A DNA stretch of 64,000 bases, from NCBI GenBank assembly GCA_963828735.1, contig CAWHFW010000004.1, positions 1 through 64,000 of the forward strand, given 5' to 3'. Below, in pieces: positions 19,430 through 29,006 of the stretch (position 1 is the stretch's first letter; every line of letters starts with the position of its first letter). The position numbers and the translations under genes were made by a program. Source of the stretch: an uncultured Gemmatimonadales bacterium (lineage in GTDB: Bacteria > Gemmatimonadota > Gemmatimonadetes > Gemmatimonadales > GWC2-71-9). A model generated the notes under the pieces. That model was given only the letters and a program-made list of their open reading frames with translations. It was not told the origin of the DNA and ran no database searches.

Positions 19430-21879
19430 TGTCGGAGACGTCGATGGTACTTCCCCACGGGGTGCCGGCCCACTTGCAGGGCGGCACCCCGTCGCCTTTA
19501 CCCCCCGATCAGTGTGCGGACGCGCTCGAGACCATCGAGTTCGCCGAGGTGATGAGCCTCGTGGCGGCGCGCGCCGTCGGCCCGCTCGGCGCGGCGCGCG
19601 TCCGCGCCCGCCGGCCGACGGACGATCCGGACTGGATCGCCGACGAGCTCGCGCGTGTGGGCGAGGTGGCCGCCCTCTTCCGGCGGGGCGACGGCCTGCT
19701 GGCGGAGCCGGTCCCGGACGTCACTTCCGCGCTCGGCCGCCTTCGAATCGAGGGCAGCGTCCTCGAGGCCGTCGACCTCGCCCGGCTGCAGCGCGTGCTG
19801 GTGGCCGCCCGATTGGTGCAGGCCGATCTCCGCCGCGTCGCCGAGACGGCGCCGCTGGCCGGCGGGCTCGCTCGTCCGCTGCCGGAGTCGAAGCTGGAGC
19901 GACGACTGGAGCAGAGCGTGGATGCCGACGGCAGCGTGCTCGACACAGCGAGCCCGCGCCTCGCGTCGGCGCGCCGCGAGGTCCACGCCGCGCGCCAGCG
20001 CCTGCTGCGGAAGCTCGAGACCATGCTGCGCGGGCTCGAGGCCAACACCGCGCCAGTGGACGCCAGCGTGACGGTGCGGGGCGGCCGGTACGTGATACCC
20101 GTCCGCCGGGACTCCCGTCACCGTCCCGGCGGCATCATCCACGACGAGAGCGGCAGCGCCGGCACCCTCTTCATCGAGCCGGCCGAGGCGATCGAGCTGG
20201 GCAACGCGCTGCGCGAGGCCGAGGTCGAGGAAGAGCGCGAGGTGCTTCGCGTGCTGCGCGAGCTGACCGATCTCCTGCGACCCGAGCTGCCCGCGCTACG
20301 CGACGCGGTGGAGATGTGCGTCGCGGTGGACGATCTCGTCGCGCGCGCGCGATACGCCGTCGCCGTAGAAGGGGAGGTCCCGCTCGTGGCGGAGGCCCCG
20401 GCCGACCTGGTCGTCGTGAACGGACGTCATCCGCTGCTGCTCGCCGGCTCGGCCGACGTGGTCCCCTTCGACCTCGCGCTCCCGGCCGAGGAGCGAACGC
20501 TTCTCATCAGCGGGCCCAACACCGGCGGCAAGACCGTGCTGCTCAAGGCGGTCGGACTCGCGGCGGCGCTGGCCCAGAGCGGCATCGTTCCGCCAGTCGG
20601 GCCCGGCTCCCGGCTGCCCGTCTTTCGGCGCTTCTACGCCGACATCGGTGACCGACAGAGCATCGCGGCCAGCCTGTCCACGTTCAGCGCGCACGTGCGC
20701 ATGCTGCGGCAGGTGCTCGACGAGGCTGACGAGGCCACCCTCGTCCTGCTCGACGAGGTGGGGAGCGGCACGGATCCGGCCGAAGGGGCGGCGCTCGCCG
20801 CGGCCACGCTCGTATCGCTCACGACGCGCCGGGCGCTCACGCTGGCGACCACGCATCTCGGCTCGCTCAAGGACGTGGCGAGCCACACCCCGGGCGTGGT
20901 GAACGCCTCGCTCCAGTTCGACGCCGCGACACTGACGCCGACCTACCGGTTCCTCAAGGGCGTCCCCGGACGATCCTACGGCCTCGCCATTGCTCGACGC
21001 CTCGGCGTCTCCTCCGAGATCCTGTCCGACGCCGAGGCCCGAGTCCCGGACGCCGAGCGCCGCCTGGATCTGCTGTTGGCCGCCGTGGAGGAACGGCAGC
21101 GCGAGCTCGCGGCCGCGCAGGCGGCGGTGGCCGAGCGGACGATCGAGCAGGACGGCTTGTCCGCGCGGCTCGGCGTGCAGCAGGAGTCCCAGGCGGCGCG
21201 GGAGGCGGATCTCCGCCGCCGCGAGAAGGACGCCGAGCGTGTGGGTCGGCAGCAGGCGAGGGCGTACCTCCTCGAGGCGCGCCAGCTCGTGGAGCAGGCC
21301 CTCGGCGCGGCGCGGTCCGAGGCGGCGGCCCGGGGGGCGCGCCGCATGGTGGAGGACGCCATCCGCGAGCAGGGCGAGGAGCTGGAGCGGGCGGAGCGGG
21401 CCGAGCCCGGCGAGCAGGCGGAGCCCGTCCGCGGCATCGAGGTCGGCGATCGGGTGCGGCTCAGCGCCGGTGGAGCGGGGCAGGTGCTCGAGCTCCGCGC
21501 GGACGGAAAGCTCGTCGTCGCCATGGGCGCGATGAAGATGGTGGTGGACCCCGATCAGGCCATCCGAACCGCGAGCGGCAAGACCGTCCAGCCGCCATCG
21601 GCCGCGCCGTCGCCGCCGTCTCAAACCTCCCCGGCCTCGCTCGAGATCGACCTCCGCGGCATGACCGGCGACGAAGCCGAGCAGGCCACGGTGGCCGCCG
21701 TGGACGCCGCGGTGCTGGCGGAGCAGCCGTATCTTCGCATCATTCACGGCATGGGGACGGGGGTCGTGCGGGAGCGTGTGCGGCGCGTGGTGTCGGCCGA
21801 CCGGCGGATCAGCCGGTTCGGCTTCGCGCCGCGCAATCAAGGCGGCACCGGCGTCACCATCGTGGAGTTCTCAGCGTGA
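19429..21879 (+). CDS. mutS2: Endonuclease MutS2
   Basis: ISGPNTGGKT, DIGDRQSI, STFSAH, LLDEVGSGTDP, C-terminal Smr domain (DLRG..IIHGMGTG). Confidence 0.95.
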   Translation: MSETSMVLPHGVPAHLQGGTPSPLPPDQCADALETIEFAEVMSLVAARAVGPLGAARVRARRPTDDPDWIADELARVGEVAALFRRGDGLLAEPVPDVTSALGRLRIEGSVLEAVDLARLQRVLVAARLVQADLRRVAETAPLAGGLARPLPESKLERRLEQSVDADGSVLDTASPRLASARREVHAARQRLLRKLETMLRGLEANTAPVDASVTVRGGRYVIPVRRDSRHRPGGIIHDESGSAGTLFIEPAEAIELGNALREAEVEEEREVLRVLRELTDLLRPELPALRDAVEMCVAVDDLVARARYAVAVEGEVPLVAEAPADLVVVNGRHPLLLAGSADVVPFDLALPAEERTLLISGPNTGGKTVLLKAVGLAAALAQSGIVPPVGPGSRLPVFRRFYADIGDRQSIAASLSTFSAHVRMLRQVLDEADEATLVLLDEVGSGTDPAEGAALAAATLVSLTTRRALTLATTHLGSLKDVASHTPGVVNASLQFDAATLTPTYRFLKGVPGRSYGLAIARRLGVSSEILSDAEARVPDAERRLDLLLAAVEERQRELAAAQAAVAERTIEQDGLSARLGVQQESQAAREADLRRREKDAERVGRQQARAYLLEARQLVEQALGAARSEAAARGARRMVEDAIREQGEELERAERAEPGEQAEPVRGIEVGDRVRLSAGGAGQVLELRADGKLVVAMGAMKMVVDPDQAIRTASGKTVQPPSAAPSPPSQTSPASLEIDLRGMTGDEAEQATVAAVDAAVLAEQPYLRIIHGMGTGVVRERVRRVVSADRRISRFGFAPRNQGGTGVTIVEFSA

Positions 21880-23747
21880 GCATGATTCCCGACGATGTCG
21901 TCGAACAGGTGCGCGACAGCGCGGACCTGGTGAGCATCGTCGGCGAATCGGTCGAGCTCAAGCGCACGGGCTCGGATTACCGCGGCGCCTGTCCGTTCCA
22001 CGGCGGCACCCACCGGAACTTCGCCGTCATTCCCAAGAAGGGCCGCTATTACTGCTTCGTCTGCCACGAGAGCGGCGATGTGTTCTCGTGGTACATGAAG
22101 CGCGTGGGAATGGACTATCCCACCGCTGTCCGCGAAGTCGCTCGGCGCGCCGGGATCACGATCCCCGAGCGCGCGGCCCGCGCCGGCCCCGACCCCCTCG
22201 AACCGCTCTTCGGCGCGGTGGCCGTGGCGCAGGATTGGTTCATGCGGCGGCTGCTCGAGGCGGACGAGGCGAAGGGCGCCCGCGAGTACCTGGGGAGCCG
22301 CGACATCTCGCTCGAGACCGCCGAGCTCTACGGGTTGGGATTCGCGCCGCCGGGCAAGGCGTTCCTCGACGCCATGCGCACGCTCGGGCTCGAGGATTCG
22401 GTGCTGCTCGAGGCCGGGCTCGCGGCCAAGCGGGACGATGGCACGGTGGTCCCCCGGTTCCGCGCGCGGCTCCTGTTTCCGATCCACGATCTTCGCGGGC
22501 GCGTCGCCGGGTTCGGCGGCCGGCTGCTCGGGCCGGGCGAGCCCAAGTATCTCAACTCACCCGAGAACCCGATCTTCCACAAGGGCCGCCAGCTCTACAA
22601 CCTGCACCAGGCCAAGAGCGCCATCCGGAAGGAAGAGACGGTCATCCTGGTCGAGGGCTACTTCGACGTGCTTCGGCTGGTGCTCGCCGGCATGGAGCAC
22701 GTGGTCGCACCGCTCGGGACGGCGCTCACGCCGGATCAGGCCACGCTCCTCCGGCGGTTCGCGCCCTCCGCCGTGCTCCTGTACGACAGCGATCAGGCGG
22801 GACTTCGCGCCACCTTCAGGGCCGGAGACGAGTTGCTTCGCCACAGCGTTCGCGTCCGGGTCGCAACGATGCCGCCGGGCGAGGATCCCGACACGCTGGT
22901 GCGCCGGGCCGGCGCGGGCGCCCTCGAGCCGCTGCTCGACGACGCAATGGACCTGCTCGAGCGCAAGCTTCAGCTCCTGGAGCAGAAGGGGTGGTTCGAG
23001 GGCGTGGACCATCAGCGTGACGCGCTCGACCGGCTGCTCCCCACCATCCGAGCCGCGGCAGATCCGATCACGCGGGATCTCTACCTGAAGGAAGTCTCGC
23101 AACGGACCGGCGTGAGCCGCGAGGTGCTGCTCCAGCAGGTCACCGCGCGGCCCGAGCCGGGGTCTGCCGGCGGGCCGATGGTCCGCGGCGACGAGCCGGC
23201 GGAGCGAGGCCAGCGTTGGGGACAGACCGAGCGTGCCCCCGACGGGCATCGCGCGCGGGAGGGCGCGCGGCGCCGGATCGACGAAGGAGAGCGCGATCTC
23301 CTCCGCGTGCTCATGAAGGACCGCGTGTGGGTCGCGCGCGCCGCCGCGGAAATCCCGCCCGACCGATTCGAGACGCCGGCCTTTCGCGAGGTCTACGAGG
23401 CGCTCCTCCGCAGTCCCGAAAACGCGGGGTCCCAAATATTCTTGGAGGAGTTGTCCTCGTCCGCGCGAAGGGCGTGGGTCTGGCTGGACAGCTTCGAGGC
23501 CAAGTATGGGACGCCGGATCTGGATCGGATGTACGTGGGTGCCTGCAGCGCGCTCGAAGTGCGGCCGCTTCGCCGCCAGCTCGCGCTGCTCAACCGACAG
23601 CTGCAGCAGCCCGACCTCGCGATGACGGCGGACGCCTTCGACGCGCTCGTGCAGGAGCGCGCCCGGGTGAACCAGGAGATCGCGGTGCGGTTTCCCGAGG
23701 AACTGTTGAAACGCTCCATGCGGAGAGGCGATGTCGATGCACGCTGA
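21876..23747 (+). CDS. dnaG: DNA primase
   Basis: CPFH zinc finger, PKYLNSPE, VEGYFDV, YDSDQAG TOPRIM. Confidence 0.96.
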   Translation: MSMIPDDVVEQVRDSADLVSIVGESVELKRTGSDYRGACPFHGGTHRNFAVIPKKGRYYCFVCHESGDVFSWYMKRVGMDYPTAVREVARRAGITIPERAARAGPDPLEPLFGAVAVAQDWFMRRLLEADEAKGAREYLGSRDISLETAELYGLGFAPPGKAFLDAMRTLGLEDSVLLEAGLAAKRDDGTVVPRFRARLLFPIHDLRGRVAGFGGRLLGPGEPKYLNSPENPIFHKGRQLYNLHQAKSAIRKEETVILVEGYFDVLRLVLAGMEHVVAPLGTALTPDQATLLRRFAPSAVLLYDSDQAGLRATFRAGDELLRHSVRVRVATMPPGEDPDTLVRRAGAGALEPLLDDAMDLLERKLQLLEQKGWFEGVDHQRDALDRLLPTIRAAADPITRDLYLKEVSQRTGVSREVLLQQVTARPEPGSAGGPMVRGDEPAERGQRWGQTERAPDGHRAREGARRRIDEGERDLLRVLMKDRVWVARAAAEIPPDRFETPAFREVYEALLRSPENAGSQIFLEELSSSARRAWVWLDSFEAKYGTPDLDRMYVGACSALEVRPLRRQLALLNRQLQQPDLAMTADAFDALVQERARVNQEIAVRFPEELLKRSMRRGDVDAR

Positions 23748-24456
23748 TCTGGTCAAGTTGCTCGATTTGCAGTCCAAGGATGCGGCGGTGGCGGAGGCGG
23801 AGACACGTTTGCGGGCTCTCGATGGTGAATCGACCGTGCTCGATCAGGCCATTCAGCGGGCGCGGGACGGGCTCGACACGGCGCGGCGCGCCGCGGCCGA
23901 GGGCGCCCGCCGCCGCGACGAGCTGGAGGCGCGGGTGGAGAGCTACCGTGTGCTCCAGAACCGGCGGGTCCAGCGGCTCGAGACCGTACGCAATCCGAAG
24001 GACGCTTCGACCCTGATGGCCGAGCTCGATCTGGCGCGCTCGGTGATCGCCAAGGAAGAGAACGACTGGGTCCGCCTGGCCGAGGCGGTGACCTCGCTCG
24101 AGCGGAAGGTGGCCGAGGAGGAAAACAAGGTGGCCGCGGCCGATCTCGCGCAGGCGCCGGAGCGGGCCCGCCTGGCTGAGCGCCGCCATCTGCTCGAGAC
24201 CGAACGCGACGCCGCCGTCCTCGCGCGCGAAGCGAGCGCCGAGCGGATCGACAAGGTCCTGCGCACCCGATACGACCGGCTGCGCCGCTCGCGGGATCGC
24301 GAGGTGGTGGTGCCCCTCGTGGGAGGCACGTGCGGGGCGTGCCACACGTCGGTCCCGCTCAATCGCCGGAGCCAGATCCGCAGCGGCGCCATCATCGACG
24401 GCTGCGAGGGATGCGGCGCGATCCTGTACCCCGCTGACGGGACGGGGTCGGCGTGA
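23737..24456 (+). CDS. Coiled-coil protein with C4 zinc ribbon (DUF164 type)
   Basis: Long coiled coil followed by CGAC...CEGCGAILY. Confidence 0.85.
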   Translation: MHADLVKLLDLQSKDAAVAEAETRLRALDGESTVLDQAIQRARDGLDTARRAAAEGARRRDELEARVESYRVLQNRRVQRLETVRNPKDASTLMAELDLARSVIAKEENDWVRLAEAVTSLERKVAEEENKVAAADLAQAPERARLAERRHLLETERDAAVLAREASAERIDKVLRTRYDRLRRSRDREVVVPLVGGTCGACHTSVPLNRRSQIRSGAIIDGCEGCGAILYPADGTGSA

Positions 24457-24484
24457 TCGGCCGCCACCAGCGTAACCTGCCGTG

Positions 24485-26206
24485 GTGAACGTCTTCCCCG
24501 CACCCGTCCTGCGCTGGGTCGTCACCCCGCGCCCCGATCCCGCGGCGGTGAGCCGCCTCGCGGACCAGCTCGGGATCCCGAGCGCGCTCGCGGCCCTGCT
24601 GGTGCAGCGCGGCCAGGGTGCGGAGCTCGCCGCGCGCGGCTTCCTGCGGCCGTCGGTGACCGAGTTGTCCGATCCGTCGGCGCTCGCGGGCATGGCCGAG
24701 GCGGTGGACGCCATCGCCTCTACGGTGCGCGCCGGCGGCACCATCATGGTGCACGGCGATTACGACGTGGATGGCCAGTGCGCGACGGCCCTCCTCACGC
24801 GCGCGCTCCAGGCGGCCGGCGCGGACGTGGTCGGCTTCGTGCCGCACCGGCTGCGCGACGGGTACGACTTCGGACCCGCCGGGCTCGCAGCGGCCCGCCG
24901 GCTCGGCGCGTCGCTCGTCGTCACCTGCGACTGCGGGATCACGGCGGTCGACACGGTCCGCGACGCGCGGGCCGCCGGGATCGGCGTGGTCGTCACCGAC
25001 CACCACCTGCCCGGACCCGAGCTGCCGCCGGCCATCGCCATCGTGGATCCGCAGCGCCCCGACGACACGTCGGATGCCGGATCGCTCTGCGGCACCGGCA
25101 TCGCCTTCAAGCTGGTACAGGCGCTCGTGCCCGCGCTCGGGCTGCCGCCGAATCTGCCCTATCACCTGCTCGATCTGGTCGCCCTCGCGACGGTGGCCGA
25201 TGTCGTGCCCCTCACCGGCGAGAACCGCATCCTCGTGCGCCACGGGATTCGCCTGCTCGCGGAGAGCCGGTGGCCGGGACTGCGGGCACTGGTCGAGGCC
25301 GCCGGTCTCGCCGGGCGGGAGATTCGCGCGGGTCATCTGGGATACGTGCTGGGCCCGCGACTCAATGCGGCCGGCCGGATCGGCGACGCGGCCGACGGCC
25401 TTCGCCTGCTGCTGAGCGACGACCCCGCCGAGGCGCTCGAGCTGGCCCGCCGGCTGGAGGGGATGAATGTGGAGCGGCAGTCGCTCGACCACCGGATTCT
25501 CGAGGAGGCGATTGCCCAGGTCGAGCAGGCCTGCGATCCCGAGCGCGACGCGGCCTTCGTGCTCGCGGGCGACGGCTGGCATCCCGGCGTGGTGGGCATC
25601 GTGGCCTCCCGGGTGGTCGAGCGGTATGGTCGGCCGGCGTTTCTGATCGCCTTCGACGGCGATATCGGCAAGGGGTCCGGCCGGAGCATCTCGCGATTCG
25701 ACCTCCACTCGGCGCTGCTCGCCTGCGGTGATCTGCTCGAGCGCTACGGCGGGCACCAGATGGCCGCGGGACTCACCATCCGGCGCGAGCGGCTCGACGA
25801 GTTCCGGGAGCGCTTCGGCGGCATCGCGCGCGAGATGCTCGGTCCGGATGACCTGGGCCCCGAGCAGCGGGTGGACCTCGAGCTGGGCCTCCCTGAAGCC
25901 ACCCGGGAACTCGAGCGGATGTGCCGCCACCTCGAGCCATGCGGGGCGGGGAACGCGAGCCCCGTCTTCGGCGTGCGGGGTGTCCGGTTCGTGGGTCGCT
26001 CGCGGGTGGGGAACGGGCACCTCAAAGGCACGCTCGACGACGGCGGGACGCGGCTCGGCGCCATCGGGTTCCAGTGGGCCGACCGGGTGCCCTGGCTCGG
26101 CGACGGGCCCGTGGACGTGGCGTTCCGGCTCGAGGCCAACGAGTGGAACGGCTACTCGACCCTTCAGGCGCGGCTGTGCGCGTTGGCGCCCCACACGCCT
26201 GGGTGA
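24485..26206 (+). CDS. recJ: ssDNA exonuclease RecJ
   Basis: HGDYDVDG, TCDCG, TDHH, PRLNAAGR, GGHQMAAG. Confidence 0.96.
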   Translation: MNVFPAPVLRWVVTPRPDPAAVSRLADQLGIPSALAALLVQRGQGAELAARGFLRPSVTELSDPSALAGMAEAVDAIASTVRAGGTIMVHGDYDVDGQCATALLTRALQAAGADVVGFVPHRLRDGYDFGPAGLAAARRLGASLVVTCDCGITAVDTVRDARAAGIGVVVTDHHLPGPELPPAIAIVDPQRPDDTSDAGSLCGTGIAFKLVQALVPALGLPPNLPYHLLDLVALATVADVVPLTGENRILVRHGIRLLAESRWPGLRALVEAAGLAGREIRAGHLGYVLGPRLNAAGRIGDAADGLRLLLSDDPAEALELARRLEGMNVERQSLDHRILEEAIAQVEQACDPERDAAFVLAGDGWHPGVVGIVASRVVERYGRPAFLIAFDGDIGKGSGRSISRFDLHSALLACGDLLERYGGHQMAAGLTIRRERLDEFRERFGGIAREMLGPDDLGPEQRVDLELGLPEATRELERMCRHLEPCGAGNASPVFGVRGVRFVGRSRVGNGHLKGTLDDGGTRLGAIGFQWADRVPWLGDGPVDVAFRLEANEWNGYSTLQARLCALAPHTPG

Positions 26207-26258
26207 GCGACGGGTCCCCGCTCCTGACCCCTCCCGCTCCCCGTCCCTCGACGCGCCG

Positions 26259-26774
26259 GTGAGAATCGTGGCCGGCGAGTTCGGCGGCCGCCGGCTCGCA
26301 ATACCCAAGGACGCCAGGGTACGGCCCACCGCGGACCGGGTCCGGGAGGCCTGGATGAGCATCCTGGGTGACGTCCTGCGGGGCGCGCGGGTACTCGACC
26401 TCTACGCCGGGAGCGGCGCGCTGGGGCTCGAGGCCCTCTCGCGAGGCGCGGCGTCCGCCGGGTTCGTGGAGCTCAATCCGCCGTCGCTCCAGGCCCTCGA
26501 GGCCAACATCGCGGCCCTGGGCGTCGCGGGGCGGGCCACGGTGCATCGGGGCGACGCGATCCGGTTCGTGGAGCGGCTCGGTCCCGGGGCCTACGACGTG
26601 GCCTTCGCCGACCCACCGTACGGCCGGGACGACGCGGACCGGCTGGTCTCGCTCTTCCGCCGGACCCCCTTCGCGCGCATTCTTTCCGTCGAGCACCGCG
26701 CCGCCGATGGGCTGGAGGGGGACTCGACCCGCCGCTACGGCGACACTGCCCTCACTTTCTGCCACGCTCCATGA
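26259..26774 (+). CDS. rsmD: 16S rRNA m2G966 methyltransferase
   Basis: [45 protein letters not shown]. Confidence 0.93.
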   Translation: MRIVAGEFGGRRLAIPKDARVRPTADRVREAWMSILGDVLRGARVLDLYAGSGALGLEALSRGAASAGFVELNPPSLQALEANIAALGVAGRATVHRGDAIRFVERLGPGAYDVAFADPPYGRDDADRLVSLFRRTPFARILSVEHRAADGLEGDSTRRYGDTALTFCHAP

Positions 26775-27253
26775 CACGCATCGCGATCTACCCTGGCTCG
26801 TTCGATCCACCTACGAAGGGCCACGAGGATCTGATCCGTCGAAGTCTGGCCCTGGCCGACCGGGTGGTCGTGGCCGTCGCCGTCAACCCGTCGAAGCAGC
26901 CGCTCTTCCCCGTGGACGAGCGGCTCGCGATGCTCCACGCGACGGTGGGGGACGAGTCCCGGGTCTCCTTCGAGTCGTTCGAGGGGTTGCTGGCCGAGTT
27001 CGCGCGGAAGGTGGGCGCGTCCATGGTGGTCCGGGGGCTGCGCGCCGTGAGCGACTTCGAGTACGAGTTCCAGATGGCCCTCATGAACCGGCGGCTGCAT
27101 CCGACGCTGGAGACCGTCTTCTTGGTGCCGGCCCTCGACCTCACCTACCTGAGCTCGAGCCTGGTGCGCGAGGTGGCGCGATTCGGAGGGGACGTGACCG
27201 GACTGGTCCACCCGGCCGTGGCCAAGGCACTGGCCGATCGGTACCACCGATGA
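26771..27253 (+). CDS. coaD: Phosphopantetheine adenylyltransferase
   Basis: [34 protein letters not shown]. Confidence 0.97.
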   Translation: MTRIAIYPGSFDPPTKGHEDLIRRSLALADRVVVAVAVNPSKQPLFPVDERLAMLHATVGDESRVSFESFEGLLAEFARKVGASMVVRGLRAVSDFEYEFQMALMNRRLHPTLETVFLVPALDLTYLSSSLVREVARFGGDVTGLVHPAVAKALADRYHR

Positions 27254-28173
27254 GCTTCCGCGAGGCACTGCTGCAGAGGGCGGCCGCGCGCCGGAAGCGG
27301 ATCGTCCTGTGCGAGTGCGACGACCCGCGGGTGCGCGCCGCCGCCGAGCGGCTTCGGCGCGACGGGATCGCCGAGCCGATTCTGCTCGGCGGCGACGGGA
27401 TCCGGCCGTCCGCCGACTCGCGGCTTCCGCGCATCGCCCAGTTCCTGCGCGACCGCCGGCCGGACCGCATCGTGGACGGCGTCCACGCGCTCGACGTCGC
27501 CTCCGTCCCGGTCAACTTCGGTGCGGCGCTCGTGGCGCTGGGTGAGGCCGACGCGGCCGTGGCCGGCGCGGTCTGTCCCACGCGCGACACGATTCGCGCG
27601 GCGCTCTGGGCCATCGGCACCGCGCCGGGCGTGAACCTGGTGAGCTCGGCGTTCTACATGGTGCTCCCCAACGACACGGTCCTCACCTTCACCGACTGCG
27701 CCGTCGTGCCGGAGCCCACGCCCGAGCAGCTCGCCCAGATCGCGCTCGCGGCCGCCCGCGACCGGACCCGGCTGATCGGCGACTCGCCGCGGGTCGCGTT
27801 CCTGTCGTACAGCACCAAGGGAAGCGCCGAGGGCCCGCGGGTCGCGCACGTACGGGAGGCGGCGGCGCGCTTCGCCGAGCTCGCGCCCAACCTGGTCGGC
27901 GACGGCGAGCTCCAGGCCGATGCGGCGCTCGTGCCCGAGGTGGCGGACCGCAAATCGCCCGGCTCGGCGGTCGGGGGACGCGCCAACGTGCTCGTCTTCC
28001 CCGATCTCGACGCCGGCAACATCGGATACAAGCTGGTCCAGCGGCTCGGCGGCGCGAGCGCGATCGGCCCCATGCTGCAAGGGCTGGCCCGTCCCATGGC
28101 CGACCTGTCGCGCGGGGCCACGGCCGATGATATTGTCGAGGTGGCCGCCATGGTGGCGCTGCAGTGCGACTAG
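27250..28173 (+). CDS. pta: Phosphate acetyl/acyltransferase (PTA_PTB family)
   Basis: [42 protein letters not shown]. Confidence 0.9.
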   Translation: MSFREALLQRAAARRKRIVLCECDDPRVRAAAERLRRDGIAEPILLGGDGIRPSADSRLPRIAQFLRDRRPDRIVDGVHALDVASVPVNFGAALVALGEADAAVAGAVCPTRDTIRAALWAIGTAPGVNLVSSAFYMVLPNDTVLTFTDCAVVPEPTPEQLAQIALAAARDRTRLIGDSPRVAFLSYSTKGSAEGPRVAHVREAAARFAELAPNLVGDGELQADAALVPEVADRKSPGSAVGGRANVLVFPDLDAGNIGYKLVQRLGGASAIGPMLQGLARPMADLSRGATADDIVEVAAMVALQCD

Positions 28174-28193
28174 ACGATCGAGGGAGAGGGCCG

Positions 28194-28529
28194 ATGGGTT
28201 TTCATCAGATCAAGGATGCGAGCGGCGTGGCGGTGCTGCAGGTCGAAGGACAACTCGTCGTCGGCAACCGCCAGGAGCTCAAGGACCTGGTCCAGGCTGC
28301 AGTGGACCAGGGGGATCGGCGTGTGCTGATCGACTTCTCGCGCACCGGCTACATCGATTCCTCCGGCCTCGGCGCGCTCGTCTCCATCTCCAAGAAGATC
28401 CGCGAGGCGGGGGGCGAGCTTCGCCTGTCCGGCCTCAACGAGGACCTTCGCTCGCTCTTCGAGCTCACCAAGCTCGACACCCTCTTCGCCATCGCCGAGA
28501 CGCCCAAGCAGGCCCTCGCCAGCTTCTAG
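28194..28529 (+). CDS. STAS-domain anti-sigma factor antagonist (RsbV/SpoIIAA-like)
   Basis: YIDSSGLGAL phospho-Ser motif, SD GGGAGAGG. Confidence 0.92.
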   Translation: MGFHQIKDASGVAVLQVEGQLVVGNRQELKDLVQAAVDQGDRRVLIDFSRTGYIDSSGLGALVSISKKIREAGGELRLSGLNEDLRSLFELTKLDTLFAIAETPKQALASF

Positions 28530-28540
28530 CCGACCGACCG

Positions 28541-29006
28541 ATGCCGTCGCCGCTTCGCCTCTGCGTCCGCCGCTCGCCGGCCCCGGACGGGAGACGCCCC
28601 GGCACGCTGGTGACCCTGCGGTTGCCCAGCGAGATCGAGTGCATCGAGGAGGCCGTCGAGCTGGTCACGCGGCACTGCCTCGCCGGACACGATACCACCC
28701 GGAAGACCCGCTTCCGCCTCCAGGTCGTCCTGTCCGAGGCGCTGAGCAACGCGATCGTGCGCGGCAACCGCGAGGAGCGCGGGAAATGGGTGGACATCCG
28801 CGCCGAGCTCGGTCCGGACACCATCCGCCTCGAAGTCACCGACGAAGGCCCCGGTTTCGATCCCAACGCGGTGCCGGAGCCGATCCGCCCCGAGCAGCTC
28901 GACGAGGCCAATGGGCGGGGCCTCTATCTCATCCGGAAGCTCGTGGACATGGTCGAGTTCAACGAGCGAGGGAAACTCCATCTGCATGATACTGCGCCGT
29001 CCGTAG
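28541..29006 (+). CDS. RsbW-like anti-sigma factor / Ser kinase (frameshifted at ~28970-28975 as given)
   Basis: EALSNAIVRGN, VTDEGPGFD, GRGLYLIRKLVD. The expected C-terminus NSICMILRRP* lies in the +1 frame, ending at TAG 29004-29006. Confidence 0.82.

Noticed and set aside
27920..28540. N-terminal extension of the 887-aa ORF
   Set aside because: It overlaps pta and the STAS gene in other frames; real coding begins at 28541.
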